Shown here piece after piece: positions 18,565-26,879 of a stretch of DNA of 31,660 bases; positions within the stretch are counted from its first letter, which is position 1; each line of letters opens with the position of its first letter. A program made the position numbers and the translations under genes. The DNA is from Candidatus Sericytochromatia bacterium (GTDB lineage Bacteria; Cyanobacteriota; Sericytochromatia; S15B-MN24; UBA4093), in assembly GCA_036676985.1 (NCBI GenBank), contig JAKFBU010000068.1:1-31660 (forward strand), written 5' to 3'. The notes beneath the pieces are model-generated. The model did not search any database, was not told where the DNA came from, and saw only the letters and a list, made by a program, of their open reading frames with translations.

Positions 18565-19356
18565 TTGATCGTCACCAAAGTTCAGAATAAATCCCGCGAA
18601 CTGTTTCGCTACCGCGAGATGTTCACCGGCCTGGTCAGCCGCGAGGTTCGAGCCCGATACAAGGGCTCGGCACTAGGCTTCCTATGGAGCCTCCTCAACC
18701 CCTTGTTGATGATGGTGGTGTACTCCCTGGTATTCTCGGTGTACATGCGCATCAATATCCCGAACTACTCGCTGTTCCTGTTTTGCGGCCTTCTGCCCTG
18801 GACCTGGTTCTCCACTTCCATCACCAACGCCACTTCGACCATCGTCGCCAACGGCAACCTGATCAAGAAGGTCTACTTCCCGCTCGAGATCCTGCCCTTG
18901 GTCAACATCACGACCAACCTAGTCAACTTCCTGTTCTCCCTGCCGATCCTGCTGATGTTCATGGCCATGGTGCACGTGCCCCTGACGATGAACCTGCTCT
19001 TCCTGCCAGTCCTGATCGCGGTCCAGTTCCTGTTGACCCTGGGCCTTTCGTTGATCCTCTGTACCCTCAACACCTTCTTCCGGGACATCGAGCAACTCCT
19101 GGGCCCTCTGCTTCTCGCATGGTTCTACCTCACTCCGGTCATTTATCCGGCCAAGCAGATTCCCGCCCACTTCAACTTCCTGTTCTACGCCAACCCCATG
19201 GCGCCCCTAATGACCAGCTACCAGCGCATCTTTTTCGAAGGCTTGCCCCCTTCTGGCGCCCACCTGCTGGCCTGCACCCTTACGGGGCTGGCCTTGCTCC
19301 TGGTCGGCTACGCCGTCTTCTACGCCAAGAAGTTCACCTTTGCGGAGTCCGTCTAG
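18565..19356 (+). CDS. wzm: ABC-2 polysaccharide exporter permease
   Basis: Likely TTG start at 18565, downstream of the promoter. Motifs RYKGSALGFLWSLLNPL, LIKKVYFP.E, FRDIEQ, FYLTPVIY and NPM; about 6 TMs. Confidence 0.92.
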   Translation: MIVTKVQNKSRELFRYREMFTGLVSREVRARYKGSALGFLWSLLNPLLMMVVYSLVFSVYMRINIPNYSLFLFCGLLPWTWFSTSITNATSTIVANGNLIKKVYFPLEILPLVNITTNLVNFLFSLPILLMFMAMVHVPLTMNLLFLPVLIAVQFLLTLGLSLILCTLNTFFRDIEQLLGPLLLAWFYLTPVIYPAKQIPAHFNFLFYANPMAPLMTSYQRIFFEGLPPSGAHLLACTLTGLALLLVGYAVFYAKKFTFAESV

Positions 19357-19358
19357 CC

Positions 19359-20576
19359 ATGGCCGTCATCCAGATTGCCAACGTTTGGAAACGCTTCGAC
19401 TCCCACGCAGGGCGTCCACGCACCCTCAAAGAGGCCCTCGTCCAGACCTTCGTGCCAGGCCGCCGGATCAACGCAGCAGACAGCGCGTTTTGGGCGCTCA
19501 AGGACGTCTCCTTCGACATCGAGCAGGGTGAAACCTTCGGCATCATCGGCAGCAACGGCTCAGGCAAGAGCACGCTTCTTAAGCTCATCACGGGAATCTC
19601 AAAGCCGACCCGTGGGGGGATGGGGGTCAAGGGACGTGTCTCGGCCTTGTTGGAGCTGGGCGCGGGCTTTCACCCCGATTTCTCGGGCCGCGAGAACACC
19701 TATCTAAACGGGGCCATCCTCGGCCTGTCTCGCCGAGAAATCGACCGGCAATTCGACAGCATCGTCGCCTTCGCCGAGCTCGAGTCCTTCATCGACAACC
19801 CGGTCAAAACCTACTCGTCGGGCATGTACATGCGCCTGGCGTTCTCCATCGCCATCCACGTGGATCCGGACATCCTCGTCATCGACGAGGTACTCGCCGT
19901 GGGCGACGCCGCCTTTCAGCAGAAGTGCTTCGATCAGATCCATCGCTTCAAGCACCAGGGAAAGACCATCGTCTTTGTCTCCCATGTGCTTCCGACCGTC
20001 CAGGGCCTATGCCAGCGTGCCGCCTGGCTGGATAAAGGCGACCTCCGGGCTCTCGGCAAGACCGACACGGTCCTCGAGTTCTACTCTCAGCAGGTGGCTG
20101 CAGCCATCGAGAAGAACAAACAGCAATACGACGTTCTGGTGCCAGATGGCCGTGCGGCCATCAAGAACCTGCGCGCCCTCGACGCTCACGGCACCGATTG
20201 CGGCATCCTGCCAGGCCATGGGCCAATCAGCTTCGAATTTGACCTGGAGTCGCCCCTTTCTTGCCACGAACTGGACATCCGGGCACAGATCGTGCGCGCG
20301 GACGGAATCTGCTGCTACGAGCAGCGGGTGGCCCTCTCGGACTTCGGCGATGGAGCGGCCAATGGCCCCATTACCCTTCAATTAGCCGATCTGCGATTGG
20401 GCACGGGCATGTTTTCCTTGCATCTGGCCGTTTTGCCGCATGGAGAGGAGTCTTGGGTCGACGAGAAATTCTTCAACTTCGCCGTCGAGTCGACCTACCA
20501 CGGCCCGGGGATCGCGCCCCTAGATGCGACGTGGAGCCGCCAAACCCATCGAGCGGTCGTCAAGCCGCCTTTTTAG
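19359..20576 (+). CDS. wzt: Polysaccharide ABC exporter ATPase with C-terminal Wzt_C (carbohydrate-binding) domain
   Basis: ATG 19359. Motifs FWALKDVSF, Walker A GSNGSGKST, YSSGM signature, Walker B ILVIDE and VSH, followed by a ~150-aa beta-rich C-terminal extension. Confidence 0.93.
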   Translation: MAVIQIANVWKRFDSHAGRPRTLKEALVQTFVPGRRINAADSAFWALKDVSFDIEQGETFGIIGSNGSGKSTLLKLITGISKPTRGGMGVKGRVSALLELGAGFHPDFSGRENTYLNGAILGLSRREIDRQFDSIVAFAELESFIDNPVKTYSSGMYMRLAFSIAIHVDPDILVIDEVLAVGDAAFQQKCFDQIHRFKHQGKTIVFVSHVLPTVQGLCQRAAWLDKGDLRALGKTDTVLEFYSQQVAAAIEKNKQQYDVLVPDGRAAIKNLRALDAHGTDCGILPGHGPISFEFDLESPLSCHELDIRAQIVRADGICCYEQRVALSDFGDGAANGPITLQLADLRLGTGMFSLHLAVLPHGEESWVDEKFFNFAVESTYHGPGIAPLDATWSRQTHRAVVKPPF

Positions 20577-20601
20577 CGGGAAATGGCCCCAGGCCACGCG
20601 C

Positions 20602-20631
20602 TTGACGCTCGCAACGGGGTCCTTTTATTAT
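20602..20631 (+). promoter_or_regulatory. Candidate internal promoter for the GT2 and MT-GT2 genes
   Basis: TTGACG(20602-20607)-18 nt-TATTAT(20626-20631). Confidence 0.45.
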
Positions 20632-20694
20632 CATGCCAACGTCCTGACCGCCCATCAGCCCACAATTGACCAGCTTCACGAGGGAAAGCCGACT

Positions 20695-21564
20695 TTGTCC
20701 ACCAACACGCGCCACGTAATCGCGGGGATTATTCTGTACCGGACCGATTTCGACCTCTTGCGCCGGTGCGTGAGTTCCCTGTTGCGACAAGAGCTTGCCG
20801 AGGGCGTCTCCCTGCGCCTTGCCTTCCTGGATAACGATCAGGGCCGTGATCTATCTCGGTTGGAAGCCATGCTGGTCGAGATGGGTGCGACCGATCGGAT
20901 CGCGTGGACAGGATCCGGCGAAAACGTGGGCTTCGGCCGGGGCCACAATCGGCTTTTCGAGGAGGTACAGGCCGGCGGGGCCGCCTGTGACTACTACCTG
21001 TGCGTGAACCCGGACAGCATTCTACATCGGGATACCCTCCAGGCCTTGGTGAGCTTCGCCCATGAAAAGGGCGACCGGGGCCTGTTCGAGGGCCGTCAGT
21101 TTCCGATCGAGCACCCCAAACCGTACGACAAAACCACCTTCGAGACGGATTGGTGCAGCGGGTGTCTGCTCCTGATCCCGAGCACAGTCTACAGGCAGCT
21201 GGGGGGCTTCGACCCCGCCTACTTCATGTACTGTGAGGACGTCGACCTCTCGTGGCGCGCCCGCCTTGAGGGCATCCCGTGCTACACCGTACCAAACGCC
21301 TTGGTGCATCACTACGTCTTCCGGACGGTGCGCGACAGCTCCTTCGAGCGGAAGCACATGGTCATCTCCGGATACTTGCTCGCCCTGAAGTTTGGCAACC
21401 GCTATTTTTCGCACCATCAGCTCAATCAAGCACGCGAATTGCTCGACGTCGAGGAACTCAAGTCCCTGGTATCGCGCCGTATCAGGCCAATCCCCCCCCT
21501 CAAGTTGGCCAAAGTGAAGCTGGACTTCGACCATGGCTTCCACTTCACTGCGCCTCGCTGGTAA
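20695..21564 (+). CDS. GT2 glycosyltransferase (probable rhamnosyltransferase)
   Basis: Likely TTG 20695 after GAGGGA. Motifs LDND, NVGFGRGHN, CVNPD, EHPKPYD, DWCSGCLLLI and GGFDPAYFMYCEDVDLSWR. Confidence 0.82.
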   Translation: MSTNTRHVIAGIILYRTDFDLLRRCVSSLLRQELAEGVSLRLAFLDNDQGRDLSRLEAMLVEMGATDRIAWTGSGENVGFGRGHNRLFEEVQAGGAACDYYLCVNPDSILHRDTLQALVSFAHEKGDRGLFEGRQFPIEHPKPYDKTTFETDWCSGCLLLIPSTVYRQLGGFDPAYFMYCEDVDLSWRARLEGIPCYTVPNALVHHYVFRTVRDSSFERKHMVISGYLLALKFGNRYFSHHQLNQARELLDVEELKSLVSRRIRPIPPLKLAKVKLDFDHGFHFTAPRW

Positions 21565-21570
21565 GGTCCG

Positions 21571-23310
21571 ATGAGTCACCGTTACAGCTACCATGTCAAC
21601 CTGGAAAACCTCAATACCACCGCGGGCTTTGTGTTCAGCCAGCTAAGGCCGGGCGATCGCATCCTGGATCTGGGCGCAGGCCCCGGCCAATTGAGCCGCG
21701 CGCTCCGTGAGCGGGGACACCACGTCACGGCGGTAGACCAGGAGCCTGCGGCACTCCTCCTGCTGCGTGACAACGCCGACCGAATTCTCGAACTCGACCT
21801 CGAGCACGACTCCCTGGAACCCGTGTTCCGCGACGTGTTTTACGACGTGGTGCTCTTGTGCGACGTTCTCGAGCACCTGGTGGATCCGGTGGGCTTCTTG
21901 GAAAAGCTCGGCCGATACCATGCCCACTTTGGTTCGGTGCTGGTAACCGTCCCGAACATCAGTCACGGTGGCGTAGTGGGCAGCCTGCTGTTGGACCGCT
22001 TCGAGTACGCCGATGCTGGTATCCTGGATCGAACCCACCTTCGCTTCTTTACGCGAAACTCGTTCGCGGCGCTCACCGAAAGCGCTGGGTTCGAGACGAA
22101 GGCCTATCATGCCATCCGATTGCCGCTTCCGACGGATGAGTTCCCCTTGACGAGCGAGGTCATGGATCTCCTTCGATCCCGCGGCGAGGCCCATTTCGAG
22201 ACGTATCAGCACTGCTTCGCCCTGACATGGGTGGGAGCCCCGCACCGTCAAGGTCCATACGATCAGGATCTGCTGTCTGTCGTCATCAGAACCATTGACG
22301 GTCGGCTCGACTTCCTGGACACCACGCTCTTCAGCCTACTGGGTCAGGACTATGCCGCCTACGAAGTTTTGGTAGTCTACCAGGGTACCTCCGAGTTATA
22401 TCATGCCGAACTCGAGCAGCTTTTGGATCACTACCGACACGATGGGATGCGGCTCTCGTTGCTCCAGAATCCCACCCAGGAGGATCAGCGGGCTCGCAAC
22501 ATCAACTTGGGCCTCCAAGCGGCGCGCGGCCAATACGTGGCATTCCTGGACGACGACGACGTCATCTATCCGGAGCACTACTCCGAGTTGATCAATGTCA
22601 TCCGCACTGAAGGCGTGGCATGGGCTTACTCGGATGTGCACCAGGTCAACTGCAAGCGAGACGATCGAGGCAACCTATACATCTTCGAGATCTACGCACC
22701 ATTCAAGCGTAATGGGTATAATTTCGCTGATCACTGGCTGGGGAACTTCATCCCCATCCACTCGTTCGTTGTGGACCGCCATGCGGTCGCACCCGGAACT
22801 GTCATGTTCGATGAGCGGTTCGATCGCAACGAAGACTATGCCTTCTTGCTGAAGCTGGCTAGCCGCCACAAGCCCGGGATCCTGCCCAAGTTCACATGCG
22901 CCTACCGGATTCGCTTCGACGGCTCCAATAGCGTCACCGCGGGCACGATGGACACCGAGACCCGCAATCAGAAGGAGATGTACTGGGAGCGCTCGCGCAT
23001 CATGCTCGAGATGGTGAAGCGGGAACTCAACGCGGGCCAATGGTTGCCACAGATCCTGGATGCCCTGCAGCGCGACCACATCGAACTGGGACGGATTCAG
23101 GAAGAGAATCAGCGGCTCAAGAATCTACTTGGGATTCCCCTGGAGGCGACACAGTTTGTCAAACCGCCGCGGTATCGTTTGGCCGATCAACTCAACACCT
23201 TGGTAAAACGGATGCCGATCGTTCATCGACCGCTCAAGGCGCTCGGTATGGGTTGCTCGGATATCCTCAGGGCAGCACGCAAACTTCGCGACAGGCTGGT
23301 CACACGCTAG
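21571..23310 (+). CDS. Fusion of class I SAM methyltransferase, GT2 and short coiled coil (candidate chain capping/terminating enzyme)
   Basis: N-terminal ILDLGAGPG, DVLEHL, VPNISH and GILDRTHLRFFT. Central LSVVIRT, RARNINLG, FLDDDD and NEDY. C-terminal ELGRIQEENQRLKNLL plus a basic amphipathic tail. Confidence 0.85.
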   Translation: MSHRYSYHVNLENLNTTAGFVFSQLRPGDRILDLGAGPGQLSRALRERGHHVTAVDQEPAALLLLRDNADRILELDLEHDSLEPVFRDVFYDVVLLCDVLEHLVDPVGFLEKLGRYHAHFGSVLVTVPNISHGGVVGSLLLDRFEYADAGILDRTHLRFFTRNSFAALTESAGFETKAYHAIRLPLPTDEFPLTSEVMDLLRSRGEAHFETYQHCFALTWVGAPHRQGPYDQDLLSVVIRTIDGRLDFLDTTLFSLLGQDYAAYEVLVVYQGTSELYHAELEQLLDHYRHDGMRLSLLQNPTQEDQRARNINLGLQAARGQYVAFLDDDDVIYPEHYSELINVIRTEGVAWAYSDVHQVNCKRDDRGNLYIFEIYAPFKRNGYNFADHWLGNFIPIHSFVVDRHAVAPGTVMFDERFDRNEDYAFLLKLASRHKPGILPKFTCAYRIRFDGSNSVTAGTMDTETRNQKEMYWERSRIMLEMVKRELNAGQWLPQILDALQRDHIELGRIQEENQRLKNLLGIPLEATQFVKPPRYRLADQLNTLVKRMPIVHRPLKALGMGCSDILRAARKLRDRLVTR

Positions 23311-23548
23311 CCTGGGACCGTTAGGTGCCGGAGCCTGAACACGATGATCCCCAGGGCCTGTCGATGGCAGAGACGATTATCCCATGCGTTGTCTCGATCG
23401 GCTGGCACCCTCCACGAGCGCCTTCTCGTGACGCATCTCAAGCGAGGTTTACCGTCTCCGCAACGCGATCGCTAAAACGCTGATTTGGCAGGTGGACGAT
23501 GAGATGTACCAAGCATATGCCCGCCGGCACCGTTAGTCCCCCAGTCTT

Positions 23549-25687
23549 GTGGCCAGGAATGGTCAGCAAAAGGTCGAGAAACCAGTGAAATCACTCGCCC
23601 GCCGCCATTTGCCGGCAGTCCTCTCCCTGTTCACCCTTTTCCTCATTGTCTTCGCCCCGTTCATCTTTCGGACCCATCATCTAGGCCCCCACCGGATCTT
23701 TCACTGGGACTTCGCCTCCCAATTTTACCCTTGGCTCGTCTACACGAGCGATACGCTCCGTACAGGCATCTGGCCCCTCTGGTGCCCCTACGTGGGGGCA
23801 GGAACCCCTTTCTTCCTCAATCCACAGAACCCCCTATATTCGCCGGTAACCTGGCTGTTTTCCTTGACGATTGGCTACACGCATTACACTTCTCAGCTAC
23901 AGGGCATCGTACTGCTCCTGGCAGGAAGTATCGGGGCATATGCCCTGAGCTACGCGTTGTGGCGATCCCGAGCAGGTGGCATGGTTGCAGCTTTGTCCTT
24001 TGGGCTCTCGAGCGCTCTGTTCGGCAACATGCAGCACTACAGCTACCTCAACGTTTACGCGCTAATGCCCTGGACCTTCCTAGCCATTCTGGGAACCGCG
24101 AGGGGCCTCAAAGGCGCCTTGCCAGCGTTAGTACTCGTTCTCTATATGCTCATTGTCTCCGGCTATCCGGCCGTCGTCTTCATGACGCTCGCATGGGGCC
24201 TCGCGTGGGCTATCTTCCTGGTAAGGCAATCCAAGCAGCCAGCCTCAGCGCAGCGTACGACCCTGTTCAAGGGGCTGGCCGCAGGCGGGGTGGCAGTTGG
24301 GCTGGCGTCAGTCTATTGGCTACCCATCCTTGCTTTCAAGGACGAGTTCACCCGAGGCGATGCCTTGTCCCTCGAGCAGGCGCTCCATGGTGGCCACTTA
24401 TCGTTCAAGCACCTGCTGAACCTCCTCTTCCAGTTCGTGACCACCTACTCCCTGCCGGGCCCAAATACCGATATTTCCATGAGAGGCATTTACATCGGCG
24501 CCCTGGCCCTGCCGTTGGTGGCAATCGCCGTCATGCGCAGACGGGACGTTTGGACGGCCGCCATGGGGGTCTTTTCGCTCGGAGCCTTCCTCATGGCCTG
24601 CGGCTGGGAGTTCTTTGGCCGGGTTGCGCTCCATGTGATCCTGCCCGCCTTCAACTTTTCACGCTTCCCCGCCGGTGATAGCCGGGCCCTCATGGTCTTG
24701 GGCCTCGCATTGTTGGCAGGGCGAGGGATGCAAGTACTGTGCTGCGACGATGCCGTCGCCAAACAGCTAGGACGTCGCAGTCTCTGGGCGTTGTTGATCA
24801 TATTTGTTGGCGCCCTGTTCTGGTTCCAGGACGTGTATCCGCCAGAGGTCTACTTCAACGGCCCCGCTGGCTATCTGGTCATCAACTTGCTCTTGGTGAT
24901 CGTCGCGCTTGTCGTCTGGCCCTCCATAAACGCTCGCTGGGCCCGCAGGGCATTGCTCGGACTGCTCGTCTTGGACCTCGGGATCGGCGTGCATGCGAAT
25001 ATCGACCTCATCGGGGAACGCACTGGGGACTACGCGGAAATCGAGCGCCAACACCGGCGAGAGTTCACAGCCGAAGCAGCCGCTGTCCCACGGGAACTCG
25101 GTACCACGGGCTCGCTGTTGGAATTGGGCAAGAACGAACCCGCGAATGTCGGTCATGTCTCCAAGACGTTTTACCTGGGTGAATACAACCCGCTACGCAC
25201 CAAGCGACTCAATCATCTCCTGGAAAGCGGTTTGACCGAATGGCTTCGTGGAGGTGACAGAGTCGTGAGCTGGCCACAAGGCAGTCTCCCGGAGTCCGCC
25301 CCGGCTTTTCTATCGGGGCAGCGGCCGCTCGATTTTGCCATCACGCATTACGGGCCTAATGCCGTGACGTATCACGTTCGGCTACCAAAGGCTACCTGGC
25401 TTGTCTTCAATGAAATCTACTTCCCCGGCTGGCGCCTGAAAACGGCCGATCTCGATGTTCCGATGGTCGAGGTCTTGGGCGGCTTGCGCGGGGCACGCCT
25501 GGAAGCTGGCAGCTACGAAATCACGACATACTTCCAGCCGGGGGTATTCTGGAAGGCCCTCGCCACTTCGCTGTCGACCCTGTTCCTGGCAATTTTGTGG
25601 GGGCTATGGGGAACGAGGCGCCGCCGTCAGATCGGACAGAATCCACCTGGGGTGTCCAAGCTCGAAGTAGGCGCTGGCGTCAACTAA
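23549..25687 (+). CDS. YfhO-like GT-C multi-TM membrane glycosyltransferase
   Basis: DFASQFYPW and PLWCPYVGAGTPF in the first loop, about 12 TMs, then a C-terminal soluble domain with NEIYFPGW and a final TM. Start is GTG 23549 or 23585. Confidence 0.8.
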   Translation: MARNGQQKVEKPVKSLARRHLPAVLSLFTLFLIVFAPFIFRTHHLGPHRIFHWDFASQFYPWLVYTSDTLRTGIWPLWCPYVGAGTPFFLNPQNPLYSPVTWLFSLTIGYTHYTSQLQGIVLLLAGSIGAYALSYALWRSRAGGMVAALSFGLSSALFGNMQHYSYLNVYALMPWTFLAILGTARGLKGALPALVLVLYMLIVSGYPAVVFMTLAWGLAWAIFLVRQSKQPASAQRTTLFKGLAAGGVAVGLASVYWLPILAFKDEFTRGDALSLEQALHGGHLSFKHLLNLLFQFVTTYSLPGPNTDISMRGIYIGALALPLVAIAVMRRRDVWTAAMGVFSLGAFLMACGWEFFGRVALHVILPAFNFSRFPAGDSRALMVLGLALLAGRGMQVLCCDDAVAKQLGRRSLWALLIIFVGALFWFQDVYPPEVYFNGPAGYLVINLLLVIVALVVWPSINARWARRALLGLLVLDLGIGVHANIDLIGERTGDYAEIERQHRREFTAEAAAVPRELGTTGSLLELGKNEPANVGHVSKTFYLGEYNPLRTKRLNHLLESGLTEWLRGGDRVVSWPQGSLPESAPAFLSGQRPLDFAITHYGPNAVTYHVRLPKATWLVFNEIYFPGWRLKTADLDVPMVEVLGGLRGARLEAGSYEITTYFQPGVFWKALATSLSTLFLAILWGLWGTRRRRQIGQNPPGVSKLEVGAGVN

Positions 25688-25703
25688 CTGTTCGGACAAA
25701 GTC

Positions 25704-25741
25704 AGAGGTACTGGTCGTTTTTGTGCACCAGTACCTCTTTT
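25704..25741 (+). terminator. Intrinsic terminator after the YfhO-like gene, possibly also serving rmlD
   Basis: Perfect 12-bp stem AGAGGTACTGGT/ACCAGTACCTCT (25704-25715/25727-25738) followed by TTT, between convergent genes. Confidence 0.75.
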
Positions 25742-25765
25742 GGCATGAACTTGAAGGAAGGCGCC

Positions 25766-26647
25766 TTATGAGTACATGGCCAGGCGACTCTCGCGCGCGA
25801 CCATGTAGTCAGCGAGGGCTTCTTGCCAAGGCTTGCGCGAACGAATGCCCACCATGGCGAGCCCGCGGTTGAGCAGCACGGAGTAGCGCGGACGGGGCGC
25901 AGGCCGTGCAAGCTCCTCGGTCGTCTGGGGCAGGACAGGCGTCGCAAGACCGCCCTGGCGAAGAATCTCAATGGCGAAGTCCTGCCAGGTACATTCCCCG
26001 GCGCCCGTGACGTGGTAGGTGCCATAGCGATCGGTTGCCAAGAGGGAGACCATGGCATCGGCCAGCTCGATGGTCGAGGTGGGGCAGCCCCACTGGTCGT
26101 TAACGACCCGGAGTTCAGGGCGCTCGGCACCCGCTTTCAGGATGGTTTCCACGAAATTCTTACCGCCGTGGCCGAAGAGCCAAGCGGTGCGAACGATGTA
26201 GTGCTTGGCGCAGTGGCGCTCGACGTGCATCTCGCCGGCACGCTTGCTCCTACCATACACGCTCTGCGGATTGGTCATGTCGTACTCGTCGTAGGCCCGT
26301 CCTTGCGTGCCGTCAAAGACGTAATCGGTACTGACATACATGAGGGGGATGTCGATAGCCTGGCAGGCGAGGGCGAGGTTCCAGGACCCGAGCGCGTTGA
26401 TACGGTACGCGGCCGCTTCGTCGGTCTCCGCGGCGTCGACATTGGTGTAGGCGGCCGAGTTGATGATCGCCTCGGGGCGCAGGTCCGCCAATACTCGGCG
26501 CACCTGGTCTAGATCCGTGATGTCGAGAGGCAAACAGCCGTGTCCCTCGGTCCGGTCCGCCGAGACCACCTCATGGCCGGCCTGCTGAAGCGCCGGAACC
26601 AGATCCTGGCCCAGCATGCCGCGGGCGCCCACTACGAGTACCTTCAT
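25766..26647 (-). CDS. rmlD: dTDP-4-dehydrorhamnose reductase
   Basis: ATG 26647 with SD AGGAGG. Motifs GARGMLG, NSAAYTNVD.AE, YVSTDYVFDG, YGRSKRAGE, VNDQWGCPT and RPAPRP.YSVL. Confidence 0.95.
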   Translation of the reverse strand: MKVLVVGARGMLGQDLVPALQQAGHEVVSADRTEGHGCLPLDITDLDQVRRVLADLRPEAIINSAAYTNVDAAETDEAAAYRINALGSWNLALACQAIDIPLMYVSTDYVFDGTQGRAYDEYDMTNPQSVYGRSKRAGEMHVERHCAKHYIVRTAWLFGHGGKNFVETILKAGAERPELRVVNDQWGCPTSTIELADAMVSLLATDRYGTYHVTGAGECTWQDFAIEILRQGGLATPVLPQTTEELARPAPRPRYSVLLNRGLAMVGIRSRKPWQEALADYMVARESRLAMYS

Positions 26648-26694
26648 CGAGGTCCACCTCCTGGCCTGATGGCCGTCAATCCAAGCACCATGCC

Positions 26695-26703
26695 AGTTTA
26701 GCA
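26695..26703 (-). promoter_or_regulatory. Candidate extended -10 promoter for rmlD (TGcTAAACT)
   Basis: Extended -10 match about 48 nt upstream of the start codon. Confidence 0.4.
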
Positions 26704-26879
26704 CGCCGCCCCCCGTTTCTCACGGCGGCGGCGTCTAGGAAGGCGAACCTACGCTCCCGTGGAATGGTCAGCCTTCCACAAGGCAGCAAGCGTTAGCAAT
26801 ACCTTAACCCTTGGCTAACCGAGTTACGGACCCAAGGGGCGATAACCTCTTGGAGCCCGCCTGTTGCAAGGGGTAGCGC

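Noticed and set aside
23317-23538. GTTAG cores as an integron attC site
   Set aside because: Both cores are in the same orientation, there is no RYYYAAC...GTTRRRY pairing, and no integrase is present.
23321-23544. Cobalamin riboswitch, 6S or SRP identity for the intergenic element
   Set aside because: It lacks the GGGAA, GCCACTG and B12-box motifs and the SRP helix-8 motif, and it is multi-branched rather than a single 6S-like rod.
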